A stretch of 64,000 nucleotides of DNA from the NCBI GenBank assembly GCA_027311705.1, contig DAICYJ010000133.1, forward strand, positions 2,217 to 66,216, in the 5' to 3' direction. Origin of the DNA: Novosphingobium sp. GTDB taxonomy: Bacteria > Pseudomonadota > Alphaproteobacteria > Sphingomonadales > Sphingomonadaceae. Shown here in pieces: positions 29,886 through 39,752 of this stretch; within the stretch, counting starts at the first letter, position 1, and each line of letters begins with the position of its first letter. The position numbers and the translations under genes are program-made. The notes under the pieces were generated by a model. It was given only the letters and a program-made list of their open reading frames with translations, did no database searches and had not been told where the DNA came from.

Positions 29886-30857
29886 TCAGCCCTTCGTAGC
29901 TTCGTGGAGTGTGGCGGCGAGCGCCCGGCGGGCGAGGGCGATCTTGAAGTCGTTTTTGCCAAAGCCGCGGGCGTCGCGCAGCAGCACATCGGCCGCTTTG
30001 TCGAACAGCGCGGGCGAGGGGCGCTCGCCGACGAGGACGGCTTCCACCGCCGGATCGCGCCAAGGCACGGTCCCCAGGCTGCCGAAGGCGAGGGCACAGC
30101 GCGCGATGCGATCACCCTCCATCGACAGGTCGATAGCGACGGAAATGAGCGCAAACGCGTAAGAGGCGCGATCCCGCACCTTGCGATAGATCTGCCGCCC
30201 GCCGGTGGGGGCGGGCAGGGTCACCGCCGTAATCAGTTCGCCGCGTTCCAGCACGTTGTCACGCCCCGGATCGTCGCCGGGTTGCCGGTGGAATTCCCCG
30301 ACCGAAATCGTCCGCGCGCCCTGCGGTCCCTCCACATGCACCACGGCATCCAGCGCGAGCAGCGCCACCGCCATGTCGCCGGGATAAGTGGCGATGCAGG
30401 CGTCGCTGGTGCCCAGCACTGCATGGATGCGGTTGAACCCTTCGCGCGCTGCACAGCCGCTGCCCGGTTCGCGCTTGTTGCAGGCCTGCGTCGTGTCGTA
30501 GAAATAGCCGCATCGCGTGCGCTGGCACAAGTTGCCGCCAGTGGTCGCGCGATTGCGCAGTTGCGGGCTCGCCCCCGCCAGGATCGCCTTGGCCAGCAGC
30601 GGCCACGACTTGCGCACCCGCAGGTCGGCCGCGCAATCGGCGTTGGTCACCAGCGCGCCGATACGCAGCCCGTCGTTTTCGGGCGTTATTGCATCCAGTC
30701 CGGTGCGGCGAATCGAAACCAGTTCGTCCGGCGTAGCAATCTGCAGCTTCATCAGGTCGACGAGATTGGTGCCGCCGGCAATGGCGGTCGCCCCGCCCGC
30801 CAGCGACGCTAGCGCTTCGTTCGCCGATTGCGCATGGTTCAGCGTAAACGGTTTCAT
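29886..30857 (-). CDS. paoB: FAD-binding subunit (PaoB/YagS-like)
   Basis: AGGTNLVDLMK, GASPQLRNRAT, Cys-rich insert, KVRDRASYAFA. Confidence 0.88.
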   Translation of the reverse strand: MKPFTLNHAQSANEALASLAGGATAIAGGTNLVDLMKLQIATPDELVSIRRTGLDAITPENDGLRIGALVTNADCAADLRVRKSWPLLAKAILAGASPQLRNRATTGGNLCQRTRCGYFYDTTQACNKREPGSGCAAREGFNRIHAVLGTSDACIATYPGDMAVALLALDAVVHVEGPQGARTISVGEFHRQPGDDPGRDNVLERGELITAVTLPAPTGGRQIYRKVRDRASYAFALISVAIDLSMEGDRIARCALAFGSLGTVPWRDPAVEAVLVGERPSPALFDKAADVLLRDARGFGKNDFKIALARRALAATLHEATKG

Positions 30858-31396
30858 GCGTCCTGCCTCCCCGCCGGCGTTCCCGGCGCTTCGGCGATCA
30901 TCTCCTCGATGGCGGCGATGATGTTCGAATAGGCGCCGCACCGGCACAGGTTGCCGCTCATGCGCTCGCGCAATTCCTCGCCGGATATCGGTGGGTGTGC
31001 AGCAACATCCTCGCTCACCGCACTGGGCCAGCCTTCGGCCAGTTCGCGCATCAGCGCCTTTGCCGAACAGATCTGGCCGGGCGTGCAATATCCGCACTGG
31101 AACCCGTCATGCGTGACGAACGCCTTCTGCAGAGTGGACAGGCTGTCGGCACCACCAATGCCTTCGATCGTCTCGATTTCATCGCCTTCATGCAACTGTG
31201 CCAGCGACAGGCAGGAATTGATCCGCCGCCCGTCGACCAGCACCGTGCACGCGCCGCACTGCCCATGATCGCAGCCTTTCTTGGCTCCCGTGAGGCCAAG
31301 ATCCTCGCGCAGCCAGTCGAGCAGCGTGCGCCGACTGTCCTGCGGCAGGGGATGCTCCGTGCCGTTCACGCGGGCGAATATCTGAACCATAGTCAT
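30854..31396 (-). CDS. paoA: 2Fe-2S subunit (PaoA/YagT-like), no Tat leader
   Basis: KKGCDHGQCGAC, QCGYCTPGQ, GNLCRCGAY. Confidence 0.88.
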   Translation of the reverse strand: MTMVQIFARVNGTEHPLPQDSRRTLLDWLREDLGLTGAKKGCDHGQCGACTVLVDGRRINSCLSLAQLHEGDEIETIEGIGGADSLSTLQKAFVTHDGFQCGYCTPGQICSAKALMRELAEGWPSAVSEDVAAHPPISGEELRERMSGNLCRCGAYSNIIAAIEEMIAEAPGTPAGRQDA

Positions 31397-31435
31397 GTCC
31401 CGCTGCACACCTCGTTTTGGGAATCACCGCCACCG

Positions 31436-31460
31436 AACGTGCGAAGCGCCGCATTGATCC
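31436..31460 (-). promoter_or_regulatory. possible EcfG-type promoter GGATC-N16-CGTT for paoABC and the catalase-like gene
   Basis: One mismatch to the consensus, correct spacing, about 40 bp upstream of paoA. Confidence 0.45.
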
Positions 31461-31548
31461 AGTCCAATCCGGATCGGGTTATTTCTTCTCAAGACCGGTC
31501 GGTTCCCCACTATGGGCATCGCCCGGTTCCCGGTGTATCGGCAAAGCG

Positions 31549-32130
31549 ATGCCAATCGTGGTCAACAGGGAAGAACGGCGCGCCGAGGTGGTGGCGATGG
31601 CCTTCGAACTCGTCGCCGACAAAGGCGTCGAAGCGCTGACGTTTCGCGAAATCGCTGCCGCTGCCGGGTGCAGCACCTCGATCGTGTCGCACTATTTCGG
31701 CAACAAGAACGAACTGCTGTTCAGCGTCTATCAGGTCGCCAACCAGCGTGCCACCGATCGCCTGATGGCCACCCATCAGGCCGGCGCGCCCTTATCCGCC
31801 TGCTTCGAAACGATTCTGCCGTTTACCGATGAGGCACGGCGCAACTGGCGCGTATGGCTGGCATTCTGGGCGCGCGCGCATCTCGATCCCGCCTATTTCG
31901 ATGAACGCCGCCGCGCCGCACAGGCCAGCCTTGCGCTGTACCAGGGGATGATTGCCGAACGACTTGGCGCCTGTGCCGATGAAGCGGGTGTAGAGCTCGC
32001 CGCGCGCCGGCTGATCGCCGCGATTGCGGGGATAGGTCTGGAGGCCGTATTCGCGCCCGGCGACTGGCCGCCGGAAAAGATGCGCGATGTATTGCAGGCC
32101 GAACTCGTGGCGCTTTGCATCGCCGGATGA
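31549..32130 (+). CDS. TetR family regulator (BetI-like C-terminus)
   Basis: HTH TFREIAAAAGCSTSIVSHYFGNKNELL; WRVWLAFW. Confidence 0.9.
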   Translation: MPIVVNREERRAEVVAMAFELVADKGVEALTFREIAAAAGCSTSIVSHYFGNKNELLFSVYQVANQRATDRLMATHQAGAPLSACFETILPFTDEARRNWRVWLAFWARAHLDPAYFDERRRAAQASLALYQGMIAERLGACADEAGVELAARRLIAAIAGIGLEAVFAPGDWPPEKMRDVLQAELVALCIAG

Positions 32131-32151
32131 AATCGTCCGGCACCTGCTTAA

Positions 32152-32167
32152 TATGACAGGCATCATA
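32152..32167. promoter_or_regulatory. candidate TetR operator TATGA-N6-TCATA
   Basis: Palindrome in an AT-rich spacer upstream of the Dabb gene. Confidence 0.4.
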
Positions 32168-32256
32168 AATCCCCGCGAGAGTTAGTCTCCGCGCCGAAAC
32201 AACAGCCAGTACCCGTCGGCAGCAGGCGGGTGCGCAAGGCTCATGGGAGAAAAGCG

Positions 32257-32892
32257 ATGATCCGCCACGTGGTCATGATCAAGTTCAAGAAGGATGCTCC
32301 GCAGGACAAGATCGATACCTTCCTCACCGAAGTGAAGAAGCTGTCGCACCTCAACCGCGAAGTGCGCGATTACAGCCACGGCCTGTGCGTCAAAACCCGC
32401 TATCATTCGGGCGATTTCGATTTCGCCAATTGCTGCGACATCGATACGTACGAAGCGATGGACCGCTACATGTCGCACTGGTCGCATTTGCGCATGACGC
32501 CATTTCTGCCCGACATCCTGGAAAACATGATCTCGTTCGATTGGGAAATCGATTATCACGGCCCCGAATTCGACGAGAAACTCGCCGCCGAGGAAGCCGC
32601 GCGCGAAGCGGCCCGCGTGCTGCCGATCCACGCCGATCCCGCCAAGGCCTTTGTCCCCGAACTGCGCGGACAGACCCGTGAACGCGCGCGCGAAATGTGC
32701 GAAACCGTCGGCCTTGTGCTGTCGGGCGACGAGGAGGAGATTATCGGCTCGGTCTGGGCGCCCAACCGCATCATGTTCCTCACCCCGGATGCCGGCACCG
32801 AAGTGGCCAAGGGCAGCGAAGTGAAGATCGGCATCACCGGCAACTGGCTCACCGGCCCGGCCGTGCCAGCGGGTGATGGCCCCGCCTGGTAA
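32257..32892 (+). CDS. Dabb (stress-responsive A/B barrel) protein fused to a C-terminal PASTA-like domain
   Basis: MIRHVVMIKFK...Y..H..H Dabb pattern; VPELRGQT...GL...PDAGTEVAKGSEVKI PASTA pattern. Confidence 0.75.
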   Translation: MIRHVVMIKFKKDAPQDKIDTFLTEVKKLSHLNREVRDYSHGLCVKTRYHSGDFDFANCCDIDTYEAMDRYMSHWSHLRMTPFLPDILENMISFDWEIDYHGPEFDEKLAAEEAAREAARVLPIHADPAKAFVPELRGQTRERAREMCETVGLVLSGDEEEIIGSVWAPNRIMFLTPDAGTEVAKGSEVKIGITGNWLTGPAVPAGDGPAW

Positions 32893-33007
32893 GCGCGCTC
32901 ACACCGCCGAATGCACAAAACGCGATGTGTCGCAACGCGCCCGGAGACCAGTAGGCTTCTCGGCTGCCCGCGTATTATCGTGCCGAAAACCACGGAGAGA
33001 CCCTGCC

Positions 33008-33307
33008 ATGATCATTCTTGCCGGCCACCTCAAAACCAGCCCCGACCTCGTCGAGGAACTGGCGGCCGCGCTCCAGTCGCTAGTCGCCGGCACCGTTTTG
33101 GAAGACGGCTGCCTCGATTACCACTTCGCCATCGACAGCAAGGCGGAAGGCAGCATCCTCGTCTATGAACGCTGGCGCGATCAGGATGCGCTGAGCACGC
33201 ATCTGGCACTGCCCGCCATCGGCGCGGTGCTGGGCGGCTGGGCCGATCGGATCGAGATCACCGTGCGCAAATTCGATGCCGCCAACGAACGCGGCTTCAC
33301 CGACTGA
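33008..33307 (+). CDS. putative quinol monooxygenase (ABM domain)
   Basis: EDGCLDY...YERWRDQDALSTH. Confidence 0.85.
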   Translation: MIILAGHLKTSPDLVEELAAALQSLVAGTVLEDGCLDYHFAIDSKAEGSILVYERWRDQDALSTHLALPAIGAVLGGWADRIEITVRKFDAANERGFTD

Positions 33308-33340
33308 ATTTCAATAGATAAAATCCGGAGAGTTACCGCC

Positions 33341-34402
33341 ATGGCCATCACAAATCGCCGCATCGTCCTGCAATCGCGCCCAACCGGCCTGCCGGTGCCT
33401 GAAAACTTCCGGATCGAGGAGGTTGCCGTGCCCGACCTCGAGGAGGGCCAGGTTCTCATTGAAAACCGCATTTTCGCGATCGATCCGGCGGTCCGCGGCA
33501 TGCTCGATGATGTGAAAAGCTACATGCCGCCGGTGCAGATCGGCGCCTTGATCCCGACAATGGTGCTGGGGCGCGTGCTGGCGTCGCGCAATCCCGATTT
33601 CCGCGAAGGCGATTATGGCCGCTCGTTCATCGGCTGGGAGACCCACTCGGTCATTTCGCCGGGCAGCGTCGGCTTTGAAAACGTCTCCGTTGCCGATGAT
33701 CTTCCGCTCACCGCCTACATGGGCGCATGCGGCTGGTCCGGCATCACGGCTTATGTCGGCCTGAAGCGCTATGGTGAAATGCGCGAAGGCGACGAAGTGC
33801 TGATCAGCGCGGCCGCCGGCGCGGTCGGTTCGGTAGCGGGGCAGGTCGCCCGGCTTTCCGGCTGCCGGGTGGTCGGCACGGTCAGTTCGGACGACAAAGC
33901 CAAGATCGTCACCGACCTGCTCGGCATGGATGCGGCGATCAATTATCGCAGCTGCGACAGCCTCGAAGACGAAATCGACCGGCATTTCCCGAACGGCATC
34001 GACCTTTACTTCGACAATGTCGGCGGCGCGACGCTCGATGCGGTGTTGCCCCGAATGAAGGCGTTCGGCCGCATTCCGGTGTGCGGCATGATCGCCAACT
34101 ACAACAACCAGACCGATCCCTATCGCCTGCGCAACATCTGGCAGGTGCTGGTGAACCGCATCACGATGCGCGGATTTCTGGCCTACGAAGCACCCGACAT
34201 GCTGCACGAAGCCGAGACTGCGCTTGCAGACTGGGTGCGCTCCGGCCAGCTGGTAGCGACCGAAAACGTCGCGACCGGGCTCGATTCCACGCCCGATGCC
34301 TTCATCCGCCTGATGACCGGTCAGACCACCGGCAAGACGCTGGTGCGGCTCGACGAGAACGTCTCGACCCTGGCCGACTGGACGGTGGCGCGGAATGGAT
34401 GA
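33341..34402 (+). CDS. NADP-dependent alkenal/enone reductase (CurA/PTGR-like MDR)
   Basis: SAAAGAVGSVAGQVA, YFDNVGG, CGMIANYN. Confidence 0.9.
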   Translation: MAITNRRIVLQSRPTGLPVPENFRIEEVAVPDLEEGQVLIENRIFAIDPAVRGMLDDVKSYMPPVQIGALIPTMVLGRVLASRNPDFREGDYGRSFIGWETHSVISPGSVGFENVSVADDLPLTAYMGACGWSGITAYVGLKRYGEMREGDEVLISAAAGAVGSVAGQVARLSGCRVVGTVSSDDKAKIVTDLLGMDAAINYRSCDSLEDEIDRHFPNGIDLYFDNVGGATLDAVLPRMKAFGRIPVCGMIANYNNQTDPYRLRNIWQVLVNRITMRGFLAYEAPDMLHEAETALADWVRSGQLVATENVATGLDSTPDAFIRLMTGQTTGKTLVRLDENVSTLADWTVARNG

Positions 34403-34919
34403 AGCGGGCCTCGACGGGCTCGTCTCACGGGCCTGCCTGCAAGATCTTGTCGCCGATTATGCCGGCCTGATCGACTGGATCGACTGGGATGCGCTGGACA
34501 AGGTGTTCTGGCCCGATGCGCAGTTCGATTTCGGCATGTTCAAGGGCGATCTTGCCGCCTACCGCAGCTTCGTTTGCAGGCTGGAGGAGCCTTATGCACG
34601 GCGGCTGCACCTGTTCGGCCTTCCCGTGATTCGCATCGATGGCGACCGCGCAAGGGTCGATGCCGGCAGCCTCATCACCTGCCGCACCGATGCGCCCGCA
34701 CCGGGCATCGACGATACGTTCTGGGGCCGTTACCTGTTCGAAGCCGAACGCCGCGACGGCGAATGGCGCTTTTCGAGCCTCACTTACCTGCTCAATCTGG
34801 CCGAGCGGGTGGAACGCACCGCCGACGATCGCGCCGGCCCCATGAACTTCGGCGAAGGCCTGTCGCCCCACCACCCCTTCGCCCCGCGCCTCACCATTGA
34901 CGAACGCCCAAAAACCTAG
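34395..34919 (+). CDS. SnoaL-like / NTF2 family protein
   Basis: Y...ID..DW..L..VF.PDA...GRY...ERRDGEWRF. Confidence 0.8.
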   Translation: MDEAGLDGLVSRACLQDLVADYAGLIDWIDWDALDKVFWPDAQFDFGMFKGDLAAYRSFVCRLEEPYARRLHLFGLPVIRIDGDRARVDAGSLITCRTDAPAPGIDDTFWGRYLFEAERRDGEWRFSSLTYLLNLAERVERTADDRAGPMNFGEGLSPHHPFAPRLTIDERPKT

Positions 34920-34943
34920 CAATAGCCCGCCTTCCGCGCACGT

Positions 34944-35019
34944 GGGCGGTTAGCTCAGTTGGTAGAGCATCTCGTTTACACCGAGAGGGTCGGGGGTTCG
35001 AGCCCCTCACCGCCCACCA
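34944..35019 (+). tRNA. tRNA-Val (TAC)
   Basis: 76-nt cloverleaf: GGGCGGT/ACCGCCC acceptor stem, anticodon loop TTTACAC, GGTTCGA T-loop, encoded CCA. Confidence 0.97.
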
Positions 35020-35028
35020 TTTTCCGAA

Positions 35029-35634
35029 CTATTTTGCCAGTGTATCCGCCAGCATCGCATCGGTGCGCGCGCTGGACCAGTCGTGGGCGCCGACCATGCG
35101 CCACACTTCCTTGCCGGCGGCATCATAAAGCACCGTCGTGGGCAGCAGGCCGGTGTTGTAGTGGAAGCCGAGGTCGTTAGATGGGTCGAGCCAGGGTTTC
35201 AGGTGGCGGAACTGCTTCTCGGCAAAAAAGCGCGCGACCTTTTCGGCGTTGCCCGAATCCTGCGAGATGGTCAGCACCGTCACCCTGCCGCGAAATTTCT
35301 CGGCCAGCCCGTCGAGCATCGGCATTTCGAGGACGCAGGGGCCGCACCATGTCGCCCACAGGTTGATCAGCACCGGCTTGCCCTTCAGCTCGGCGGAGGA
35401 CAGCGACTGGCCGGCGGGATCGGAAAACTTGAAATCGGGCATGGCGGCACCGCGACTGGCGATGTCCAGCGTGCCGTTGAAGCTCTTCGTGTCGTCCTTG
35501 GTGTCGCTCGGGGCGGATTGTGTGGCGCTGGGCGGTTGCGCCTTATCCGGGGTTTGCCTATCGCACCCCGCAAGAACGAGCGCCAAGGACAGCGTCAGGG
35601 GCGACAGCAACAGAACGGACGAGCGCAGGGACAT
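35029..35634 (-). CDS. tlpA: TlpA-like thiol:disulfide oxidoreductase lipoprotein
   Basis: [10 protein letters not shown]; LAGC lipobox; divergent from argH. Confidence 0.88.
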   Translation of the reverse strand: MSLRSSVLLLSPLTLSLALVLAGCDRQTPDKAQPPSATQSAPSDTKDDTKSFNGTLDIASRGAAMPDFKFSDPAGQSLSSAELKGKPVLINLWATWCGPCVLEMPMLDGLAEKFRGRVTVLTISQDSGNAEKVARFFAEKQFRHLKPWLDPSNDLGFHYNTGLLPTTVLYDAAGKEVWRMVGAHDWSSARTDAMLADTLAK

Positions 35635-37036
35635 GACGGGCAATACGGGCTCCAACCAGATGTGGGGCGGGCGTTTCGCGGCCGGCCCGTCGGCAATCAT
35701 GCGCGAGATTAACGCCTCGATTCCGTTCGACAAGGCGCTGTGGCGGCAGGATATCGCAGCGTCAAAGGCCCATGTGGGCATGCTGGGCGCGCAAGGCATT
35801 GTTTCTGCGGAAGATGCTGCCGTCATCGCCGGCGGGCTGGATGCGGTTGCGGCCGAATATGAAGCCAATGGGGTGCCGGAAAACTGGGACCTCGAAGATA
35901 TCCACATGACCACCGAAAGCCGGCTGGCCGAACTGGTCGGCCCTGTGGCGGGCCGGCTTCACACCGCACGCAGCCGCAACGATCAGGTGGCGACCGATTT
36001 TCGCCTGTGGGTGCGCGATGCCATGGACCAGGCCGAAGCCGGCTTGCGCGATTTGCAGGTCGCTTTGGTCGGGCGCGCCAGCGAACATGCCGACAGCATC
36101 ATGCCCGGCTTCACGCACTTGCAGACGGCGCAGCCCGTCACGCTGGGGCATCACCTCATGGCCTATTACGAGATGGCGCAGCGTGATCGCTCGCGGTTTG
36201 CCGCCGCTCGCACCCGCATAAACCAGTGCCCGCTGGGCGCGGCGGCGCTCGCCGGCACCGGCTTTCCGATCGACCGTTTCCGCACGGCCGAAGCGCTGGG
36301 TTTCGAGCGCCCGACCGACAACAGCCTGGATTCCGTGAGCGACCGAGATTTCGCCATCGATTACCTGATGGCGGCGGCGCAATGCTCGCTCCACCTGTCG
36401 CGACTGGCGGAAGAATTCATCATCTGGGCGAGCCAACCCTTTGGTTTCGTTACCTTGCCGGACAGTCTTTCCACCGGCAGCTCGATCATGCCGCAGAAGA
36501 AGAATCCCGATGCGGCAGAGCTGGTGCGCGGCCATTCGGGCCGGATCGTCGGCTGCCTGACGGCGCTGATGATCACGATGAAGGGCCTGCCGCTCGCCTA
36601 TTCGAAGGACATGCAGGACGACAAGCCGCCGGTGTTTGAGGCGGCCAGCCTGCTGGCACTGTCGATCGCGGCAATGACCGGCATGGTCGCCGAGGCGACG
36701 TTCCGCACGCCCCGCATGCGCGCCGCCGCCGAACTGGGCTATGCCACCGCGACCGATCTGGCCGACTGGCTGGTGCGGCAGGCGAACATCCCGTTCCGCG
36801 AGGCGCACCACATCACCGGCAGCGCGGTGAAACTGGCGGAAAGCCGGGGCGTGGCGCTCGATGCGCTGCCGCTGGCGGACCTTCAGGCCATCGACGCGCG
36901 TATCGACGATCGGGTTTATTCGGCGCTTTCGGTGGAAGCGAGCGTGGCCGCGCGCGCCAGTCATGGCGGAACCGCGCCGGCTGAGGTAAGGAAGCGCGTG
37001 ACGCAGGCGCGCATCGCGCTGGGCCTTGAGGAGTAA
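35633..37036 (+). CDS. argH: argininosuccinate lyase (start 35633 or 35660)
   Basis: [32 protein letters not shown]. Confidence 0.96.
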   Translation: MTGNTGSNQMWGGRFAAGPSAIMREINASIPFDKALWRQDIAASKAHVGMLGAQGIVSAEDAAVIAGGLDAVAAEYEANGVPENWDLEDIHMTTESRLAELVGPVAGRLHTARSRNDQVATDFRLWVRDAMDQAEAGLRDLQVALVGRASEHADSIMPGFTHLQTAQPVTLGHHLMAYYEMAQRDRSRFAAARTRINQCPLGAAALAGTGFPIDRFRTAEALGFERPTDNSLDSVSDRDFAIDYLMAAAQCSLHLSRLAEEFIIWASQPFGFVTLPDSLSTGSSIMPQKKNPDAAELVRGHSGRIVGCLTALMITMKGLPLAYSKDMQDDKPPVFEAASLLALSIAAMTGMVAEATFRTPRMRAAAELGYATATDLADWLVRQANIPFREAHHITGSAVKLAESRGVALDALPLADLQAIDARIDDRVYSALSVEASVAARASHGGTAPAEVRKRVTQARIALGLEE

Positions 37037-37292
37037 GCGGTTGGTTCGTCGGCATGCCATTGTCTTGCTCGGCCTCACGGCCGTCGCCCTAGCGGGCTGC
37101 GGCAACCGGCGTCCGCTGAAAACAGAGGCGGGGCAATCGCTGCCCCCCGCACCTTATGGCCGGGCGGAGAAACCCAATGCGGACGATCTTCTGAGCGCAC
37201 CCGTTCAGGCCCGTCCGCAACGCAGCGTAGAGCTGCGCAGTCGTTCGCAGGACCGCGAGGACGATCCTTTCGACCTGCCGCCCGAAAACTGA
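37026..37292 (+). CDS. small lipoprotein (LptM/YifL-like), start uncertain
   Basis: LAGCG...PL lipobox; sits between argH and lysA. Confidence 0.7.
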   Translation: MRSKRLVRRHAIVLLGLTAVALAGCGNRRPLKTEAGQSLPPAPYGRAEKPNADDLLSAPVQARPQRSVELRSRSQDREDDPFDLPPEN

Positions 37293-37311
37293 TCTTTTTC
37301 AAGAGTTTTTC

Positions 37312-38574
37312 ATGGACCATTTCCATTATGTCGACGGCGTCCTGAGCGCCGAGGACGTGCCGCTGCCGGCCATTGCCGCTGCTGTAGGCACGCCCGTCTA
37401 TGTCTATTCGCGCGCCACGTTGACGCGCCATGCCCGCGTTTTCCGCGATGCGCTGGGCATCCTGCCCGCTGCGCGTATCGCTTTTGCGGTCAAGTCCAAC
37501 CCCAATCTTGCGGTGCTGAGGGTGCTCGCAGCCGAAGGCTATGGCGCCGACGTGGTTTCGGTCGGCGAACTGGAACGCGCGCTGGCGGCGGGCATGGACC
37601 CCGAAGCCATCGTGTTTTCGGGCGTGGGCAAGACCGCCGCCGAACTGGCGCGCGCGCTGGAAGTCGGGATCGGCCAGTTCAACCTCGAAAGCGAGGAAGA
37701 AGGCCTGGAACTGGCGGAAATCGCCGTGCGGATGGGCAAGGTTGCGGCCTGCGCGCTGCGCGTCAACCCGGATGTCGATGCCGGCACCCACGGCAAGATC
37801 TCTACTGGCAAGGCCGAGAACAAGTTCGGCGTGCCGTTCGATCGCGCCGCCGCCATCTATGGCCGGCTGGCGCAGACCCCCGGTCTCGCCATGCGGGCGC
37901 TGGCGCTGCATATCGGCAGCCAGCTTTCCAGCCTCGATCCGCTGGAAGCCGCGTTCACCAAGGTCGGCGGGCTTATGCATGCGATCCGTGGCGCTGGCCA
38001 TGCGGTCACCCACATGGATCTCGGCGGCGGTATCGGCGTGCCCTACAAGACCGGCGACGTGTTCCCACAACCGGCGGAATATGCCGCGATGGTCGCTCGT
38101 GTCACCGGCAACTGGGGCGTCACGCTGATGTTCGAACCGGGCCGCGTGATCACCGGCAACACCGGCGTGCTGATGACCGAAGTGGTGCGGGTGAAGGAAG
38201 GCGCAGGCGCGCCGTGGGTGGTGATCGATGCCGCCATGAATGACCTCGCCCGCCCGGCGCTTTACGATGCCTGGCACGATTTCGCGGCAGTGCAGCCCGA
38301 TGGCGAGCGGTTTGTCGCCAACATCGTCGGCCCGATCTGCGAATCGAGCGACACCTTTGCGATGGCGCGCGACATCGACCTCGTGAAGCGCGGCGATCTG
38401 GCGGTTTTCCGCACGGCAGGTGCCTATGGCGCGACGATGGCCAACACCTACAATTCGCGGCCGCTGGTGCCCGAAGTGATGGTTGATGGCGAAAAGTGGG
38501 CCGTGGTGGCCGACCGAATCGATCCCGCGACAATACTGGCCGCAGAGCGCGTGCCTGACTTTTTGGCAGGATAA
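37312..38574 (+). CDS. lysA: diaminopimelate decarboxylase
   Basis: FAVKSN, HIGSQ, DLGGG, EPGR, GPICESSD. Confidence 0.96.
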   Translation: MDHFHYVDGVLSAEDVPLPAIAAAVGTPVYVYSRATLTRHARVFRDALGILPAARIAFAVKSNPNLAVLRVLAAEGYGADVVSVGELERALAAGMDPEAIVFSGVGKTAAELARALEVGIGQFNLESEEEGLELAEIAVRMGKVAACALRVNPDVDAGTHGKISTGKAENKFGVPFDRAAAIYGRLAQTPGLAMRALALHIGSQLSSLDPLEAAFTKVGGLMHAIRGAGHAVTHMDLGGGIGVPYKTGDVFPQPAEYAAMVARVTGNWGVTLMFEPGRVITGNTGVLMTEVVRVKEGAGAPWVVIDAAMNDLARPALYDAWHDFAAVQPDGERFVANIVGPICESSDTFAMARDIDLVKRGDLAVFRTAGAYGATMANTYNSRPLVPEVMVDGEKWAVVADRIDPATILAAERVPDFLAG

Positions 38575-38580
38575 GCCACA

Positions 38581-39354
38581 ATGCAAAGCCTGCCCTTGTT
38601 CCACCGCATCGCCGGCCAGCCGGTGATCGTGCTGGGGCAGGGCGAGGCGGCAGATGCCAAGCGCCGGCTGGTCGAGCGGGCCGGGGGGAGGGTGGTCGAA
38701 GAACTTGCCGAAGGCATCGACATCGGCGCGCGGCTGGCGTTCATCGCGCATGAGGACGAGGCTGCGGCGCAGGCCGATGCCATTCGCGCGCGCTGCGCCG
38801 GGCTGCTCGTCAACGTCGTCGACCGCCCGGCGCTGTGCGATTTTACGGTGCCTTCGCTGGTGGACCGCGATCCGGTGATCATCGCCGTGGGCACCGGTGG
38901 CGCGTCTGCAGGGCTGGCCAAGGCGCTGCGCCTGCGGCTGGAACGCCTGCTGCCGCAGCGATTGGGTGCCTTGGCCGAGGCGCTGTTTGCCGCGCGCCCC
39001 GCAATCCGCGAGCGTTGGACCGGGGGCAGCGATCGCCGGCGTGCTCTCGATGCCGCGCTGGATGAAGGCGGAGCGCTTGATCCCTTTCGCGAAGGAGCGG
39101 CGCAACAGGTGCCTGCGTGGCTGGCGGGTGACGATGGCGCTCTGGCAGGACGCTTCACCATCCGCCTGCGCTCGAATGATCCCGACGACCTGACGGTACG
39201 CGAAGCGCGCCTTTTGGGTCAGGCCGACGCGGTCATTGTCAAAGGGGCAGTTTCGCCCGCCATCCTTGCACGCGCCCGCGCCGATGCCGCGCGGTTGCTG
39301 CCGGACGATCCTGCGCCGCAAATCGGAATTGTGGTCGCAATTGAAGCGGCTTAG
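38581..39354 (+). CDS. precorrin-2 dehydrogenase / sirohydrochlorin ferrochelatase (CysG N-terminal-like)
   Basis: SLPLF, VNVVDRPALCDF, GTGGAS; truncated DPDDLT methylase-like tail. Confidence 0.85.
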   Translation: MQSLPLFHRIAGQPVIVLGQGEAADAKRRLVERAGGRVVEELAEGIDIGARLAFIAHEDEAAAQADAIRARCAGLLVNVVDRPALCDFTVPSLVDRDPVIIAVGTGGASAGLAKALRLRLERLLPQRLGALAEALFAARPAIRERWTGGSDRRRALDAALDEGGALDPFREGAAQQVPAWLAGDDGALAGRFTIRLRSNDPDDLTVREARLLGQADAVIVKGAVSPAILARARADAARLLPDDPAPQIGIVVAIEAA

Positions 39355-39752
39355 GCCTTCTTCGGCGCCAACAGAAAGTTGATCCAGCCGCTGGCTACCA
39401 GCTTGTCACGGTCGGCCTGCCACGCCTCGACCCGCACGTTGGCCACGCGCCGTCCGGTGCGGATCACCTGCCCCAGCGCGAATGTCCGCTGGGGGGTGCC
39501 GCCGCGCAAGAATTCGATGGTGATGTTCACCGGCTTCAACTGCATGCCCTGCGCATCCTCCGCCAGTTCGGCGTAGAGTGCGACGTAGGCTGCGATTTCA
39601 AGCATTCCGCCAATCGCGCCGCCGTGGAGATAGCCGGGCCGCCCCTGCGCCCGCACTGCGAAATCCATCGCCACCACGGGCGTGCCGTCTGCAAGCCGGT
39701 CGATTTCCATGCCCATGGCGCGGGCATACGGAGGAAGCTTGCTCTGGCTCAT
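39351..39752 (-). CDS. PaaI family thioesterase
   Basis: GYLHGGAIGGMLE hotdog-fold motif. Confidence 0.85.
   Translation of the reverse strand: MSQSKLPPYARAMGMEIDRLADGTPVVAMDFAVRAQGRPGYLHGGAIGGMLEIAAYVALYAELAEDAQGMQLKPVNITIEFLRGGTPQRTFALGQVIRTGRRVANVRVEAWQADRDKLVASGWINFLLAPKKA

Noticed and set aside
34944-35019. tRNA-Val as an island integration site
   Set aside because: No duplicate of the tRNA 3' end and no integrase seen; core genes follow directly.
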